Below, one piece after another: positions 1 through 12,161 of a DNA stretch of 64,000 nucleotides. The notes below the pieces were generated by a model. It did not search any database, was not told where the DNA came from, and saw nothing but the letters and a program-made list of their open reading frames with translations. Origin of the DNA: Calcarisporiella thermophila CBS 279.70 (Eukaryota > Fungi > Calcarisporiellomycota); assembly GCF_041956535.1 (NCBI RefSeq), contig NW_027192207.1, forward strand, positions 591,374 to 655,373, given 5' to 3'. The translations under genes were made by a program, and so were the position numbers. Positions within the stretch are counted from its first letter, which is position 1. Every line of letters starts with the position of its first letter.

Positions 1-77
1 TGCTTTTCAACCCCTTTATTTCATCGTGCCATCGCATTGTTTGAACTGAAGGTGCACACAGCAACTCAATCCTTTCA

Positions 78-1467
78 TTAATAACGACGATACCTCTGAT
101 CTCTCGACCGCTCTCGCCTCCCCCCACCAGAATATCCATCATAGCGGTCCCGATCTCTATCTCTCTCGCGATATCCACGGCCACCTGTCGGGCTCCTTGA
201 GCGGCTTCTGTAATCTCTCCTTCGGGAATCGCGATACCCACCATATCGTCGATCATCGTATCTTCCTCCTCCATACCCTCCCCCCCCACCATAACGGTCG
301 CGGCGATCGTATGAGGACCGGCTGCTATTGTGGCTAGCATAAGAGGAGTTGTCGTTCGAAGGGCCGTATGATTCGCGACCAGAATAACGCAGATTCTGTG
401 AAGCCGAGCCGATTCGTGTGCCACCACCAAGGCCACCACCTAGAGAGAGTACCCACCCGAACAGAGCACACAAAATAGAAAAGAGAAAATATACAAACCG
501 TTACGGATTTGGAAAGAAAACGTCGAATAACACGAAAGAAACAAAAATCCCATAACACTCTTTTTTTATCTCCGGAACTCCAAAATAAAAAAAGGAATGG
601 GATGCGAAAAATAGTATTTTACCTAATCTCCGCGGCTTCCAACCTTTTACAGTGCGTCCGCGCTCCACATCCACCAGAATTCGCCTGCCCTTTAACTTGA
701 GGCCATCGGCGTCTTTGTACGCGGCTTTCATATCCTTCTCACGCTCGAACTCAATAAAAGCGTATCCACGCGATTTGTTGTCTTGGTCTCTGACCAGGCG
801 TATCTAGTAAACAAAATGCGTCTTCAATACATGAACTCCTCTCCAAATACTTCGAGCGAATGGTAAGACTTACACGGGCAATTGGTCCATATACCTCAAA
901 CTCCCGTGCCAGATCCTTTTCAGTTAATTCATAGCTCTAAAATGTAGATGCATGAGCTCACACAAATGCTATCAAAACAAGACATAGATCGCAAAGACAC
1001 TCACCAATCGTGAGACAAAAATCGTTTTATAGGGATCGCCAGTGGCATTCGGATCGTTATTAGGATCCCCTGTAAAAAAAAGTAGACAATGATGAATAGT
1101 CGATAAAATAGAAATGAAAAGAAATGCCCTATACATTTTTCCAATGCCTCCTTTAAATTAATCTCGGCTCGCTTTTTCCTCTCCTCCAGCTAAAATTATT
1201 AAGAAAATAAAATAATGTGAGTCGCTTGGTCATCGTGTAACGATGGACATTTCTGCTCTTTCGCACCCTCTGTTTTCGCTTTTCTTCCGCAGTTGGGGTC
1301 GGAACATAATCTGGATCGTAATCTTTCAGCATAGACACATATTGAGCAATCCCAGTGATGGTCGGACCCCGTCTCGCTGATGGCTCTCTGTCTAGTGGAG
1401 GTGCATAAGGTAGAGGCGGGCGAGGCGCAAAGAGTTTCAAGAGACTAGGCGGAAGTTTATCTGTCAT
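78..1467 (-). CDS. SNP1: U1 snRNP 70 kDa protein (spliced, ~6 exons)
   Basis: N-terminus [19 protein letters not shown]; [12 protein letters not shown]; RNP1 RGYAFIEF; [23 protein letters not shown]; RS/RD-rich tail; GT-AG introns join in frame. Confidence 0.96.
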
Positions 1468-1541
1468 TGGCTCTTAAGAGAACAACTGAAAATCGCAAGT
1501 TCCTTAGGCCGTGTTCATATTTCTTTTACAAAAAAAAAATT

Positions 1542-1551
1542 GTGACGTCAC
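1542..1551. promoter_or_regulatory. Palindromic GTGACGTCAC (CRE/ATF-like) in the U1-70K/ERV1 bidirectional promoter
   Basis: Perfect palindrome centred in the 156-bp gap between divergent ATGs; same core at 2288-2299 and 24499-24506. Confidence 0.55.
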
Positions 1552-1623
1552 CGAGATTTTTTAGTTTTTATAATTTTTTAAGAGTTTGACATTATAAATG
1601 AAAAGTGGTTCCCATTCATAACA

Positions 1624-2142
1624 ATGCCTGTCGAAGAGCAGCCGGCAATCAAAACAGAGCCAGGCAAACCATGCCGCGTGTGCACTGATTTCAAATCATG
1701 GACCAAGCAGAAGAAACAAGAGACTGCCAAAGACTCGCCTAGCAATGCTCCCGCCAAGCCTTCCATAACTCCGGCACCCCTCCCCTCCAATCCCCCTACA
1801 TGCCCTCCTGATGCCGAGCAACTGGGTGCTGCAACCTGGACCTTTTTGCACACTATGGCGGCCTATTATCCAGACACGCCTACTCCTCCTCAGCAGGAAG
1901 GCATGACATCTATGCTCCGACATTTTTCATGGTTTTACCCATGCGGCCATTGTGCCGACCACTTGCGCAAAGAAATGAAGACACGGCCACCTAGAGTTGA
2001 AACAAGAGAGGCTTTGTCGAAATGGATGTGTGAAGTGCATAACGAGGTGAATGAAAGATTAGGAAAGGAAAAATTCGACTGTAGCATTGGAAATTTGGAT
2101 AAGCGTTGGCGAGACGGACCAGAAGATGGGAGTTGCGATTAG
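1624..2142 (+). CDS. ERV1: Erv1/ALR FAD-linked sulfhydryl oxidase (intronless)
   Basis: N-terminal CRVC shuttle motif, CPPD..LG..TWTFLH, YPCGHCA redox CxxC, WMCEVHNEVNERLGK, FDC, RW.DG. Confidence 0.96.
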   Translation: MPVEEQPAIKTEPGKPCRVCTDFKSWTKQKKQETAKDSPSNAPAKPSITPAPLPSNPPTCPPDAEQLGAATWTFLHTMAAYYPDTPTPPQQEGMTSMLRHFSWFYPCGHCADHLRKEMKTRPPRVETREALSKWMCEVHNEVNERLGKEKFDCSIGNLDKRWRDGPEDGSCD

Positions 2143-2421
2143 AAATTCATATATTTAATAATAGATTCAAGTAAATATTACAAGCTCTGAGTTGTCACTC
2201 CATGCACGCTATGTGCACCCCTTAAATGATCTTTAGTCCTGAAATGCGACAGTAGTTTTAAATACGTGACCATCTTGGTCAAGACTTTGTGACGTCACAT
2301 GGAATTGGAATTTGGAACAGAAAAAAGCGTTATGGGAAAATAGCTCCAAGTCGGCAGACGCGTAAAAACAAAAAAGCGCGTCAAAATTTATCCTTACATA
2401 CACACATACCCCGCCCCAAGG

Positions 2422-5400
2422 ATGATGTCTGACCGCTCATTAGACGAGGCGTATCTATCCTCTGCTGATGGCAACTATCGACATCAAGCGGACTCGCTGG
2501 CTACCGACCATGAAAGTAGTTTTCGAGTAAACCCGGGCAACAACAACTTTCCATTCCATCACCGCATGACGCATGTGGAAGATCATGGACCACTGGTCTC
2601 AGTGGACGAAAGTCAACTACGGCAGGAATTTAAAAACTATTTGGACGTGGAGGTTGGCTCCCCAGAGCGGATGGTAAGCGATTAATTTTCATTCGGCAAT
2701 GGATTGTGTCTACGATTCTGTTCATTATAGCTCAAAGAACTCCGTCAAAATCATACTCGACATTTTCAACACAAAGGCAATGTCTCGCCATCGAACCTTC
2801 AGCGCAGCCAAAGTGTCGACGATTCTTTTCAAAACAATTATTCGATCGAGATCACCAATGGCAATCAAACTTATCGCCGCTCCGCTTCTGCCTCCACATC
2901 CCCGACTTCTGCCGCGATCCCTCAATGTCCTCTAACACTTAAACCCACACCATATCGAGGTGGAGGTGGAGGGTATGGACGGCGGGAATACCGTGAGATT
3001 ACTGGCGATGAGAGCTTTGTCGATGAGGAAGGAGAGGAATCTAGAGTTCACCGAAAAATCGAAACCCAGCGCTCCGGTCTTTCTCCAACTCCCCCACATA
3101 AACAATCGTATCGCCCACAAGTAAATAGAGAAGAAGAGGAAGTAAAAGGACAATATCGCTCTCAGCGTCTGACGGAAGTCGCTTCTACCCCATTGAGAGA
3201 AGGGCAGAGACCCTTCGCCGTGAACGAAAATCACATAGTGGAGGATAGCGCGATGAGAAGTTTATCGGAGAGCACAGGCAGCGACAAAGAGCCAACTGCA
3301 GCCAATGCAGATAGGAGCTATATACCCCTACCACAGGATCGAGATGGTTAGCACAACGAACACATTGATTCAATTAAAGATTTTAACCTACGCAATGTTT
3401 TTTTCCCATCTTAGCACTTATGCAGGCGCTCAAGAACCTTATGGCTGAACTTGCACATCTACGACGCGAAAAGGAGTTCACCGATGAGCGTCAACGCAAG
3501 TTACTTGACGAGCTGGAATATTACCGCAATTTGTTTGCAAAACAGCAGAGGGAGCAGCAATCCTCCTATAACTCTCCACCCGTACCTGCACCCGAATCTG
3601 CCTCTAAGGCCGAAGAGCGTCATCATACTATGCATACTGAACCCAGTGATGGTCGTGTGCAACCGCATCGTGGCCCAGACAGCGGTGTTGGGTCTAGTTC
3701 TCTAGAGGAGAATGGGCATGCATTTGGAAAGGATAGCCTTGAGGGATTACTGCACAGAATAAGTACGAGCTTTTTACCTTGCCGGTTTTTTTCTTTCAGC
3801 CTTTAATCTTTCCTCTTTTGTGTGAATTAGGAGAACTTGAAGAGGAGCGAGAACACCTTCTCCGTCGCATCCAAGATCTAGAGCAACAAGTCCAGTTTCA
3901 ACGACATGTGGCGCGCGAGCTAGCGACTGAACGGGACGCGCAGCAGAATGTAGTTGGTTTTCTTGAGGAAAAGCTACAGACTCTGGAGGCAAACATGACG
4001 AGGATGGAGGGGCGCACTCGGTTTCAAGATAAGAGCATTGAGGAAGAGGAGGAGAGACAGAAGGATAGATATATTCCCATGGAGACGTCCGAGATTACTG
4101 ACGATAGAATGGAGGTGAAGATATCGCCGCCGCCGGAAAGAAAGGAGTGGAGAGAACCGCCCAGAGAGGATGACCGAGAGAGAGCCGAGATTGAGTCTCT
4201 GGGTGGAAGCTTGGATGGATCGATGAGAAGCTTTATTGGAGTTGGTGTCATGACTGTGTGTAATCTTGGAAAGTTTCGTTTAAACTAATCTGAATCTATT
4301 TAGGATGATGAGGTCCGAATGCTACAAAAAGAGATCAAACGTGAGCGTGCTCGTCGGGTGAATACACCTTTATGAAGCATGCACGATCTGCAATCATTTC
4401 TAACTCTTGTTGTAAACCTATTTAGAAACTGTTGCAAACCCTTGAGAAGGAGCGAGCAGAACGGCTGAGGTTGGAGACTGAGGAGAAGCAGCGACAGAAA
4501 ATGAGCGAGGAAGAGAAGATGTACGAGTCCGAATCCGAAGATTGGCCGCAGCATAGAGTAAGCAGAGCCATTTATTCTCGATCCCAGCTCGGGGTGTTTA
4601 ACCATGCGTTATTTTCTAGCGGCATGTGCATAATGAAACTCGTGAGGCCATTAAAGTTCACGATACAATTTTTGGAAAGAAGCGAGAGGATGAGGAGGCC
4701 GAGGAGACAAAGGTACGCCATTGCAAGTGAAGCCCTACTGATTGGCCCTTGAAAACTCATACGCATGGCTTTGGTAGATGGATTTCGAACCGGTGTGGAA
4801 GCATCCCCGATCCCATCGCTCTCATGTGCGAAAGCCCGTAGGTTCTGGCACTAGAGGAGGCAACGTGAAAAATATATTCGGACGCGAAATGCCATTCCTT
4901 CCTGCGGGGGTAAACATTGCTAAATAGACCCCCGATGTATAATAACGCCCATTGACACGGTTTTTTGCATAGCAACTCTCCGGAAAATCACATTCATTGA
5001 CAGCCAATCTTAACCGGATGCTTGCGATGCTCAAATCTCACAACCCCGCGCTCTGCACCATCTGCAATCGTAAGAAAGCCAAGTTTGCTAAAAAACGGAG
5101 ACCCATAGCGCCCGACATGATTAGCCGGGAAGAGGACGAGCCGGTGCTGGATCGCATTATCTCCGAGATGGAGGATGAATTGCAGCATCTCCGACTTCGA
5201 TACCACGCGCTCATCCACGAGTATGACGAGCTCTTCCATGATGCAGAGCGACAAGCTAATGAGGATGCAAAAGAAATGGTCAGAGAGCTGAAGGATATCA
5301 TGGAAGGCCTGGAGCTGAAGGAAGAGCAGGTGGCTGCGCTAAAAGAAGTCAGAGCGCGGAGGCGAAAATCGATGAAAGGAGGAAAAATCGAGCGAGCGGG

Positions 5401-5482
5401 TGGCGCTACGTCGACAAGGGAAGAAGCTGCCCAGCTGCTGAGGGGTACGAGGAAAATTATGGAGGCATTGAAAAATGGATAA
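2422..5482 (+). CDS. CEP57/translokin (Ppc89-like) coiled-coil centrosome/SPB protein (multi-exon; internal boundaries approximate)
   Basis: Spliced segment PFLPAG|QLSGKSHSLTANLNRMLAMLKSHNPALC resembles the CEP57 PFVAG..SH.V.AN...L...K.H...LC motif; C-terminal helices (IISEMEDELQHL...MEGLELKEEQV) resemble Cep57_MT_bd. Confidence 0.75.
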
Positions 5483-6293
5483 TCCTCCGTGCTCTCATGA
5501 CCTTGTTTTAACGGCTCACCGCCAACTTCCGTTGTTTGAATTTTGTATTTGCTTTTGCTATTATTTTAATACTGTGCAATTCCCTCTTTCCCCAACTCCC
5601 CCTCTAGCCTTTTCTTTTTCTAATTATCCTCTTTGTCTCTATTTTACTATACTTGGTCTTCATTCCCGTCTTTTGAGATGTTGTGTGTGTGAAGACATGA
5701 CTGGTCTTTTTATTTCCTTGTTTACTGATATGTACAGAATATCATGAATTATTCAATAACTAATGTATAAACAAAAGGATACAAGGATTTACCCTCATGG
5801 AGGTCGGTCTGAAAATCTTGAACCAGGTTTAAAGATGATGCTGATGAGCATTTTCATATGCTATGAATAAAGGCATTTTGTACATTACAGACAAATGTAA
5901 CTCCAAACATACCACGGGATCACGATGACGCCGAGGGATACACGAGGGTTGACTCCGAGTGTATAATTGGAAAATTTCGTCTGTGCTCTCGCACGAGGGC
6001 AGAGCTGATCAAATAGGTTCCATGTAGAGCGAGGTGGCAACGCATGAATGGATGCGTGCGTGCCTTTCTGAGAGTCCCTTTGACAAAACGGCTTTAGGCC
6101 TTGTCGCTTCTGCTGAAGCTATTATATGATAATTGTATATCTTGATTGCCAATCGGTTGTGCCGCGGGCAGCTTATGAAGTGTTTGAGAAATACATATTC
6201 CAAACGATGCGGTCTTACTGCTCAGATAGAGAGATGAAGGGGTATGTTTGGATTCATACAGTTTATCAATGGTATGTTTTGTAATACAAGTTT

Positions 6294-8220
6294 TCATTCG
6301 CTCTCCTCACATGCATCCTCATCCTCATCTTCCGAAGACTCTTGGTCTGAAGTAAGCACCATCCTCCACGTCTTCGGCATGGGGGGTTGGTCCTGCTTCA
6401 CTGTTGCCCGCTCAGGAATCACCCCCTCGGGATTGAGAAACGCGAATTCCTCGGGAGTGAGGCACGCCTGAACATCAATTGCATTTATCCACGCATCGAA
6501 GCTATGAGAAAAAGCTATCAGATTTCTATCCCCAAGAGGTTTTGCAGTGACATAGAGCCTTACGTATTGTTGGTATATTCCTCCTGTAGCATGGACTCAT
6601 AAATAAACTTCTCTTTGAAGGCATCGATCTCCTCCTGTGCACAAAACAATATACAAATGGATTGGATAAGATCTCCATGACTTTTGCATAGCAACCTCAA
6701 CCTCTAATACCTTGTAGGGCTTGAAATCAATGACCTCTAGGCGTTCTTCCGCTCTCTTGCGATTATAACTTCGGAAGAGTGGCTATCACATCCATTTCGT
6801 TAGACTTCGGGTCAAGAGGTTGCACACTCTAATCAAAAAAATTCTCACCTCCTCCAAAAGGAGACCCAGTCCCGGAGCTTTTGGAATCCCAATCTTCGCC
6901 TTCTCAAATGTTCGGTCGATCAGCGTGTTGGGGGTATTGCTTCGGACGACCATGATCGCCATGGATACCATCTTACGAATCTGATGCATCATAAAAGATT
7001 GCCCATGGACCTTAAGACTAATCCACTCGGTTCCTTGAATGAGGGTCGGATCGCTAGCCTATTGGGATATCCAAGTGGGGTGAATGGCATGCAAAGCCTT
7101 AACACACAAGTGCAGGAAAAAATACTTCGAATTTAAATATTCTTCTCCACCCTGTTCTATCCCCGGGGACTAATCCTTTAGTATAGTTGAAAAAGTTATG
7201 GCTTCCCTCAAATTTGGCAAGCGCCCTCCGCAGGTTTTCTAAGGTCTCTGCGCTGATCCTATAGTTTCTTTTTTCGCTTAGCTGTTCAGGCGTGGAGCGC
7301 GGAATTGCGATCCAACAAGCCGTAGCGTCTTCTGGTTTGGACCAGCTCGGAGGCGGGACCCGTAGTTGCTCGAGGGTAAAGCGAGAAGGGGGAAGAAACA
7401 CGTAGGTTGGAAGGCGGTACTCATATACTCGTGAATCACAGTGCTTTTTGCGGAAAGAGTTGACAGTACGAACGATGTCTACAGACACAAAAAACATTGG
7501 GTCGTAAATATCATAACCAGAAGGCTCACTTTTCAAAGTATATGCTTTCTTACCCCACAGCCTAATGTTGGATGGAAGATGCGTATTGATACTCTTCACG
7601 AGCTCATCCTTTGGCTGCGCTCCCCAAATAATGTAAAGCCGAGAAAAATCGAATATGAATCATAGAATCGGTAAGTCCATTGAAACTGACAATAGCCCTC
7701 CTACGTTCAAAATCCAGAACTTGACTTATCTTTAGTGCAATAATATTCGACGCGGCATGGACCCCTTTGTCGGTCCTCGAGCATCGAGTTAGGCCCACTT
7801 TACGAGGATCAATAGAGTTCTCCTCGGATATAAGTCCGGTTTTGACTAATGCCTCGAAGACATCGCCCTCAATCGTCTTGGAACCTGCGTTGCTAAAGTC
7901 CATTCTATTAGTGCCGTCCCTCGCAGGGTCAGGAATGATGTCTAAAGTTACAATTGCGATCCCCGGTACCCGGTACCACAATAGCTGATCAGCAATGCAG
8001 CTTTTCGCTTCGGAAGCTTTTTCAGATTATCCTGGTATTCGATGCTGGATTCAGAGACATTTCTAGATAGGCTGAAGGTGCGTTTCGGCAACTCTGTTTC
8101 TTCCGTTGACTTGCGCTTTGCAGACTGTGCTTCGGATGCCAGAGTCAGCGGCGGAATCATGGTGCTAAATTGATAGAGCCGTCTTCGGTAGGATGATAGG
8201 TGGAGTAGACGGAATGACAT
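6294..8220 (-). CDS. PUS1: tRNA pseudouridine synthase, TruA/Pus1 family, with predicted mitochondrial presequence
   Basis: KRKAALLISYCGTGYRG, RCSRTDKGVHA (catalytic Asp), CDSRVYEYRLP, FEGSHNFFNYT, GQSFMMHQIRKM, PKAPGLGLLL. Confidence 0.92.
7633..7729 (-). other. Non-canonical PUS1 intron, candidate U2-type AT-AC
   Basis: AAG|ATAAGT...TTTAC|ATT ATT TGG restores the frame; the unspliced frame stops at 7604. Confidence 0.45.
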
Positions 8221-8393
8221 TAGAATTCTAATGACCCAAGCACGATTCCTTAATACGAGCACCCTTTAGTCGAATTTAAATGACTGCCTTTTGTGACCTT
8301 GTTTGCTTTTTGGATCGTTTCACCACTCTATTTTAATTAATAAATAAGGAACAATAGAAAAGAGTGCATTCCGAATAGAGTAGTAGAGAAAAC

Positions 8394-8398
<5 letters not shown>

Positions 8399-8424
<26 letters not shown>
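8399..8424. repeat. (AG)n microsatellite
   Basis: About 13 uninterrupted AG units downstream of the chitin deacetylase stop. Confidence 0.9.
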
Positions 8425-8429
<5 letters not shown>

Positions 8430-8568
8430 ATAAGGAGGCGGAATCAATCCAAACCCTTCATTAAATAGAGTGCATAAATAGTCTTTTATAATAAGGGTGA
8501 AATACGAAAGGTTGTCAAATTATCGGACTGGATAAATAATGGCAAAAAATTACGATCAGCAGGGGAAA

Positions 8569-9812
8569 TTAGAGCAGCATTAGGGAGGCCAAAAGGAAAG
8601 ATACTGCGCCAAAGGAGGCCATCCTCTTAGAGGCGGAGCTTTTGACGGGGACTTGCGGCGCAGACGGCCCCGCAGTGGGGTTTGCAGCCCCGGCCGGAAG
8701 CGAGAGCGGAATCGACATAGCGACGATGGGGGCAGAAGGAAGGTTGCTAGCACCAGGAGCAGCGACCATGGAAGCAGGCGCGGCGACGGTCGGGAGACCA
8801 GACGAAGAGGGGGCAAGGTTAGAGACGCCCTGGTAGACCTACACGAAGACATGGAAAGGTAAGGAAACAGGGCGGAGAGCAAAGGAGCGCCATGGTGGGA
8901 CTCACGCTAGTATCGCCGATGCAGGCCGAGAGAGGGACAAGCTTATAGGCCTTGGCAAGTCTGGGCAGGTTTCTGATAGCGGCATTGACGGAAGGTTCGG
9001 CATGGTCATGCTCGAGCAAGATGGAGCCGGTCTGAGCCGTGGCCGCTTCGTTGATCCACTGGGTGAAGTTGCCATCGACCTCGGCGGGGGTGATCTTGTT
9101 TTCGCGCAGCCTCCAGTCGAAACTAGGGGAAGAAGGAGAGTTAGCGCCAGGGGGAGAAAAGAAAAGAGGGCGAAACCCACGTGTCCTTGTTCCAGATCAC
9201 GACTTTGTAGCCCATCAAAACCATAAGCGCGCGCACGCGGTCGTCGATGTCGCCGTACGGCGGGCGCATGTACTTGGGCCTCACGCCGATGGTCTGCTGA
9301 ATTGCAATTTCGGTCCACTTCATCTCGGCGATGATCTGCTCGTTGGTGAGACTGGTCAGGGCGCTGTGGGACCATGAGTGGCTCGCAATCTCGTGCCCAT
9401 CCTGGAAGGCGCGTTGCAGGAATGGGGCGTGGTCGCGAACCTTGGAGCCGAGCACGAAGAAGGTGGCCTTGATCTTCTCTTTCGCGAGGAAATCAAGCAA
9501 AGGCGGGGTGAATTCGGTGGGGCCGTCGTCGAATGTGATGGCCCACTGGCCCTTGGGACATTTGGTGAAGTCGGTCTGCTCGCGAATGCAGTTATCACAA
9601 GCCCAGTGGCAAAATGCCTTTGCCTTTTCGCACTGGCGAGGCTGCGAGATGTCGGGCTGCAGCGGCGCCTGCGGCACCTTGGCCGGGTCGATAGCGGCAA
9701 CCCACTCCTTAACCGGGGGAGGAGACGTGTTTTCAGGGGGAAGCTGGACATTTTGGGCCAGCGCGCTCAGTGCAAGATTGGCAAGGGCGGCAAAAAGGGC
9801 TAGCTTCAGCAT
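8569..9812 (-). CDS. Secreted, probably GPI-anchored chitin deacetylase (CE4/NodB domain), ~3 exons
   Basis: Signal peptide; TFDDGP, ATFFVLG, HSWSH, RPPYG, LEH motifs; Pro/Ala/Ser linker; hydrophobic C-terminus. Confidence 0.93.
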
Positions 9813-12161
9813 GGTTGGGGTTTGGATTCCAGGCGGCAGTCAACGCGGGATGAGGAGGTAGCGGGGGGGGGGGGGATGGCTAGGGAGGAATGCAAGGAAT
9901 GGAGAGGATGGCCGGGAGAGGATGGCAGTTCGGGGGAGACGAAGAAGAAGAAGAAGGTTGGAGGACAAGGTCTGATACAGCCGGCTGACCCACAAATTCA
10001 GCGAGCCGTTCATTTGCGGAGTTGCAAGCGGCTGCAAGGTTAAGGTGTGGTTGAAAACACGGAAAACACACATGGGCACTGTTGTGACAAATGGGGACGG
10101 CGGTGCTTCTCTCCAGAATTCCCCCCGTCCTACAAGCCAATAACGCTAATCCTCTCGTCGCCAATCACAGCCGCGGGCAGGCTTTCCTTCATCTCAACCT
10201 CGTCTCAGGCCCAACCCTACGCCTCCATCGCTGCTCGCGGCCGTCGCGTCTCTTTGGCCCGCGCCGCGGCGCCCTCCGCCCCCGAGACCAAGGCGTGGCC
10301 CTGAGCGGGGCCGGTTCCTCCCGCCAACCCGAGCCACGGAGCGCGGATACTCGAGGTCCACGCCATAAGCACAAGTATCACGGCAGCGCTTCTACAAATA
10401 CCGGATCATGGCCTCAGGCTGAAACGATATTGGCCAAGGCGCGCGGCTTTCTCTCCTCCATTGATCAAGCATGGAGCCAGCTTGAGATTGCCGCTCAGCT
10501 TGCGGGGAGGTGCTGGAGAAACAAGCCTGTTGCGCCCCTCGTTGTCTAGTGGTCGCCTCGCGTATCCAGGGGCTAGAGGAATGGCGGGGCCGTGGATCTA
10601 TTTCCGAGAACAGGCTTATGGGCAAGATAGTTGGCCGCGTGGAGCCCACGCTCAGCTTGCCATGTCCTATTTTTACCGCCAAGTCACCCATCTATTTCGA
10701 GATTATTTTCGTGGCACTCGCGCCTGAATTATCAAAGTTTCAAAAGCTACACAGTAATACAACCACAGCCGATAGGACAAATTAAATACGACCATTTAAG
10801 ATAATGATTTGTGCAAGCGTGCTCAAGGTCCTGAGGCTGAAATCTGGATCATAGTTCAACATCCCTGTCGCAAGTATATTTAGAAACGGCCCATTTCCCC
10901 GGCTGCCTGCGGGTGGTATCAAGAGATGGATCCTAGTCTGGGGCCATCTTTCCTATTCTCCCGGCTGTATTGAAACGCGATAAAATAAAAGCAACCGAAA
11001 ATCGGCATATGGCCAATATCGCAGCCAAGTGTTCGACGCGGTGCAACGATGAATGAAATGGGATATAGAGCTCCAACCCTATCACCCAGGTTAGTAGTAA
11101 CTATTCAATATTTTGGTTATCCAAGTGCATTATGATAGCAGAAGTGGGGTGATAAAGAAAGTCTTAAGGGTTTTCATTTTCGCGACAATCGACCTGAAAC
11201 TGCAGTGAATTGCACGGATCCATGACAGCCCAAACTTGAAATCTGCAGCGTTTTAGAAATATTAGAAAATTCTTTTTGACCCCAGATACCACCCATTGTC
11301 GCATCCCGATAATCTGGGCTCTGGACGCTAAAGACAGCAGTAGCATCCATTGGACCGTCATTTGTTCTAGGAATCAAACTCCAATGGCTACCGCCAAGCT
11401 TACCCTCCATGGTGTTAGAGCATTTGCTCTAAACAAAATGTAGTAAATTGTCCATATCTATGGAAGAGGTGATTGACTTTAGGAAAGAATACAACATCCG
11501 AATTGCTATGGGTCCACTTAAAAAACGAAGAAATGTCATCCTATAAGGACTATTTTGATGATAGAAAAACGCGCTCTATGGTTGTTTATACAAATGGGCT
11601 TACCGCTGAATATTATTTAACATCGTGTGACAAGCTCCGAGATGGTCCAGGAATTTATTTATGTCTCTGTCATGTGAAATATTGGACAAGAGTGGGCGAG
11701 GGTCATCAACCAGCACCTGGTTGATTCGATACCCACTACATACTCTTCCATTGAGTTTGGCAATAACTACTGAATAAGACTCGTACGAGCCTTGGCCTCA
11801 AGTTGATCACGCACCGGTAAATTTTGGGCGCGAAATAGGAACCCTGCGAGTGTCGTAGAGAGCTATGCCTCTGAAGCCGGAAAGGCATTATGCCCTTCTG
11901 CTGTATGAGGTTCAGAGAAAATGAAGAAAAGCCAAGGGAATGCGCTCCTGGATCTTCCTCGCGTGGGCCTATCTAATCGAAAACTGGCAGAGTCATGGAT
12001 GAGGATGATATAGATGCGTGAATTTCGGCTCGATATCTTCAGATCTTCGAATTTGTACGACGACACTTGATCTCAAGTGTCTGATTTTGCCCTCAACTGC
12101 CGCCCCAAAAAATATCGAGATTCCATTTTTCTCTACTCTTCTACTTTACAAGATTAAAAAA

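Noticed and set aside
5750-6290. Possible snoRNA or SECIS between convergent 3' ends
   Set aside because: No convincing box C/D pair or stem, and no in-frame UGA in the flanking genes
9822-10785. Many overlapping ORFs upstream of the chitin deacetylase
   Set aside because: Expected by chance at high GC; no recognisable motifs; probably promoter sequence
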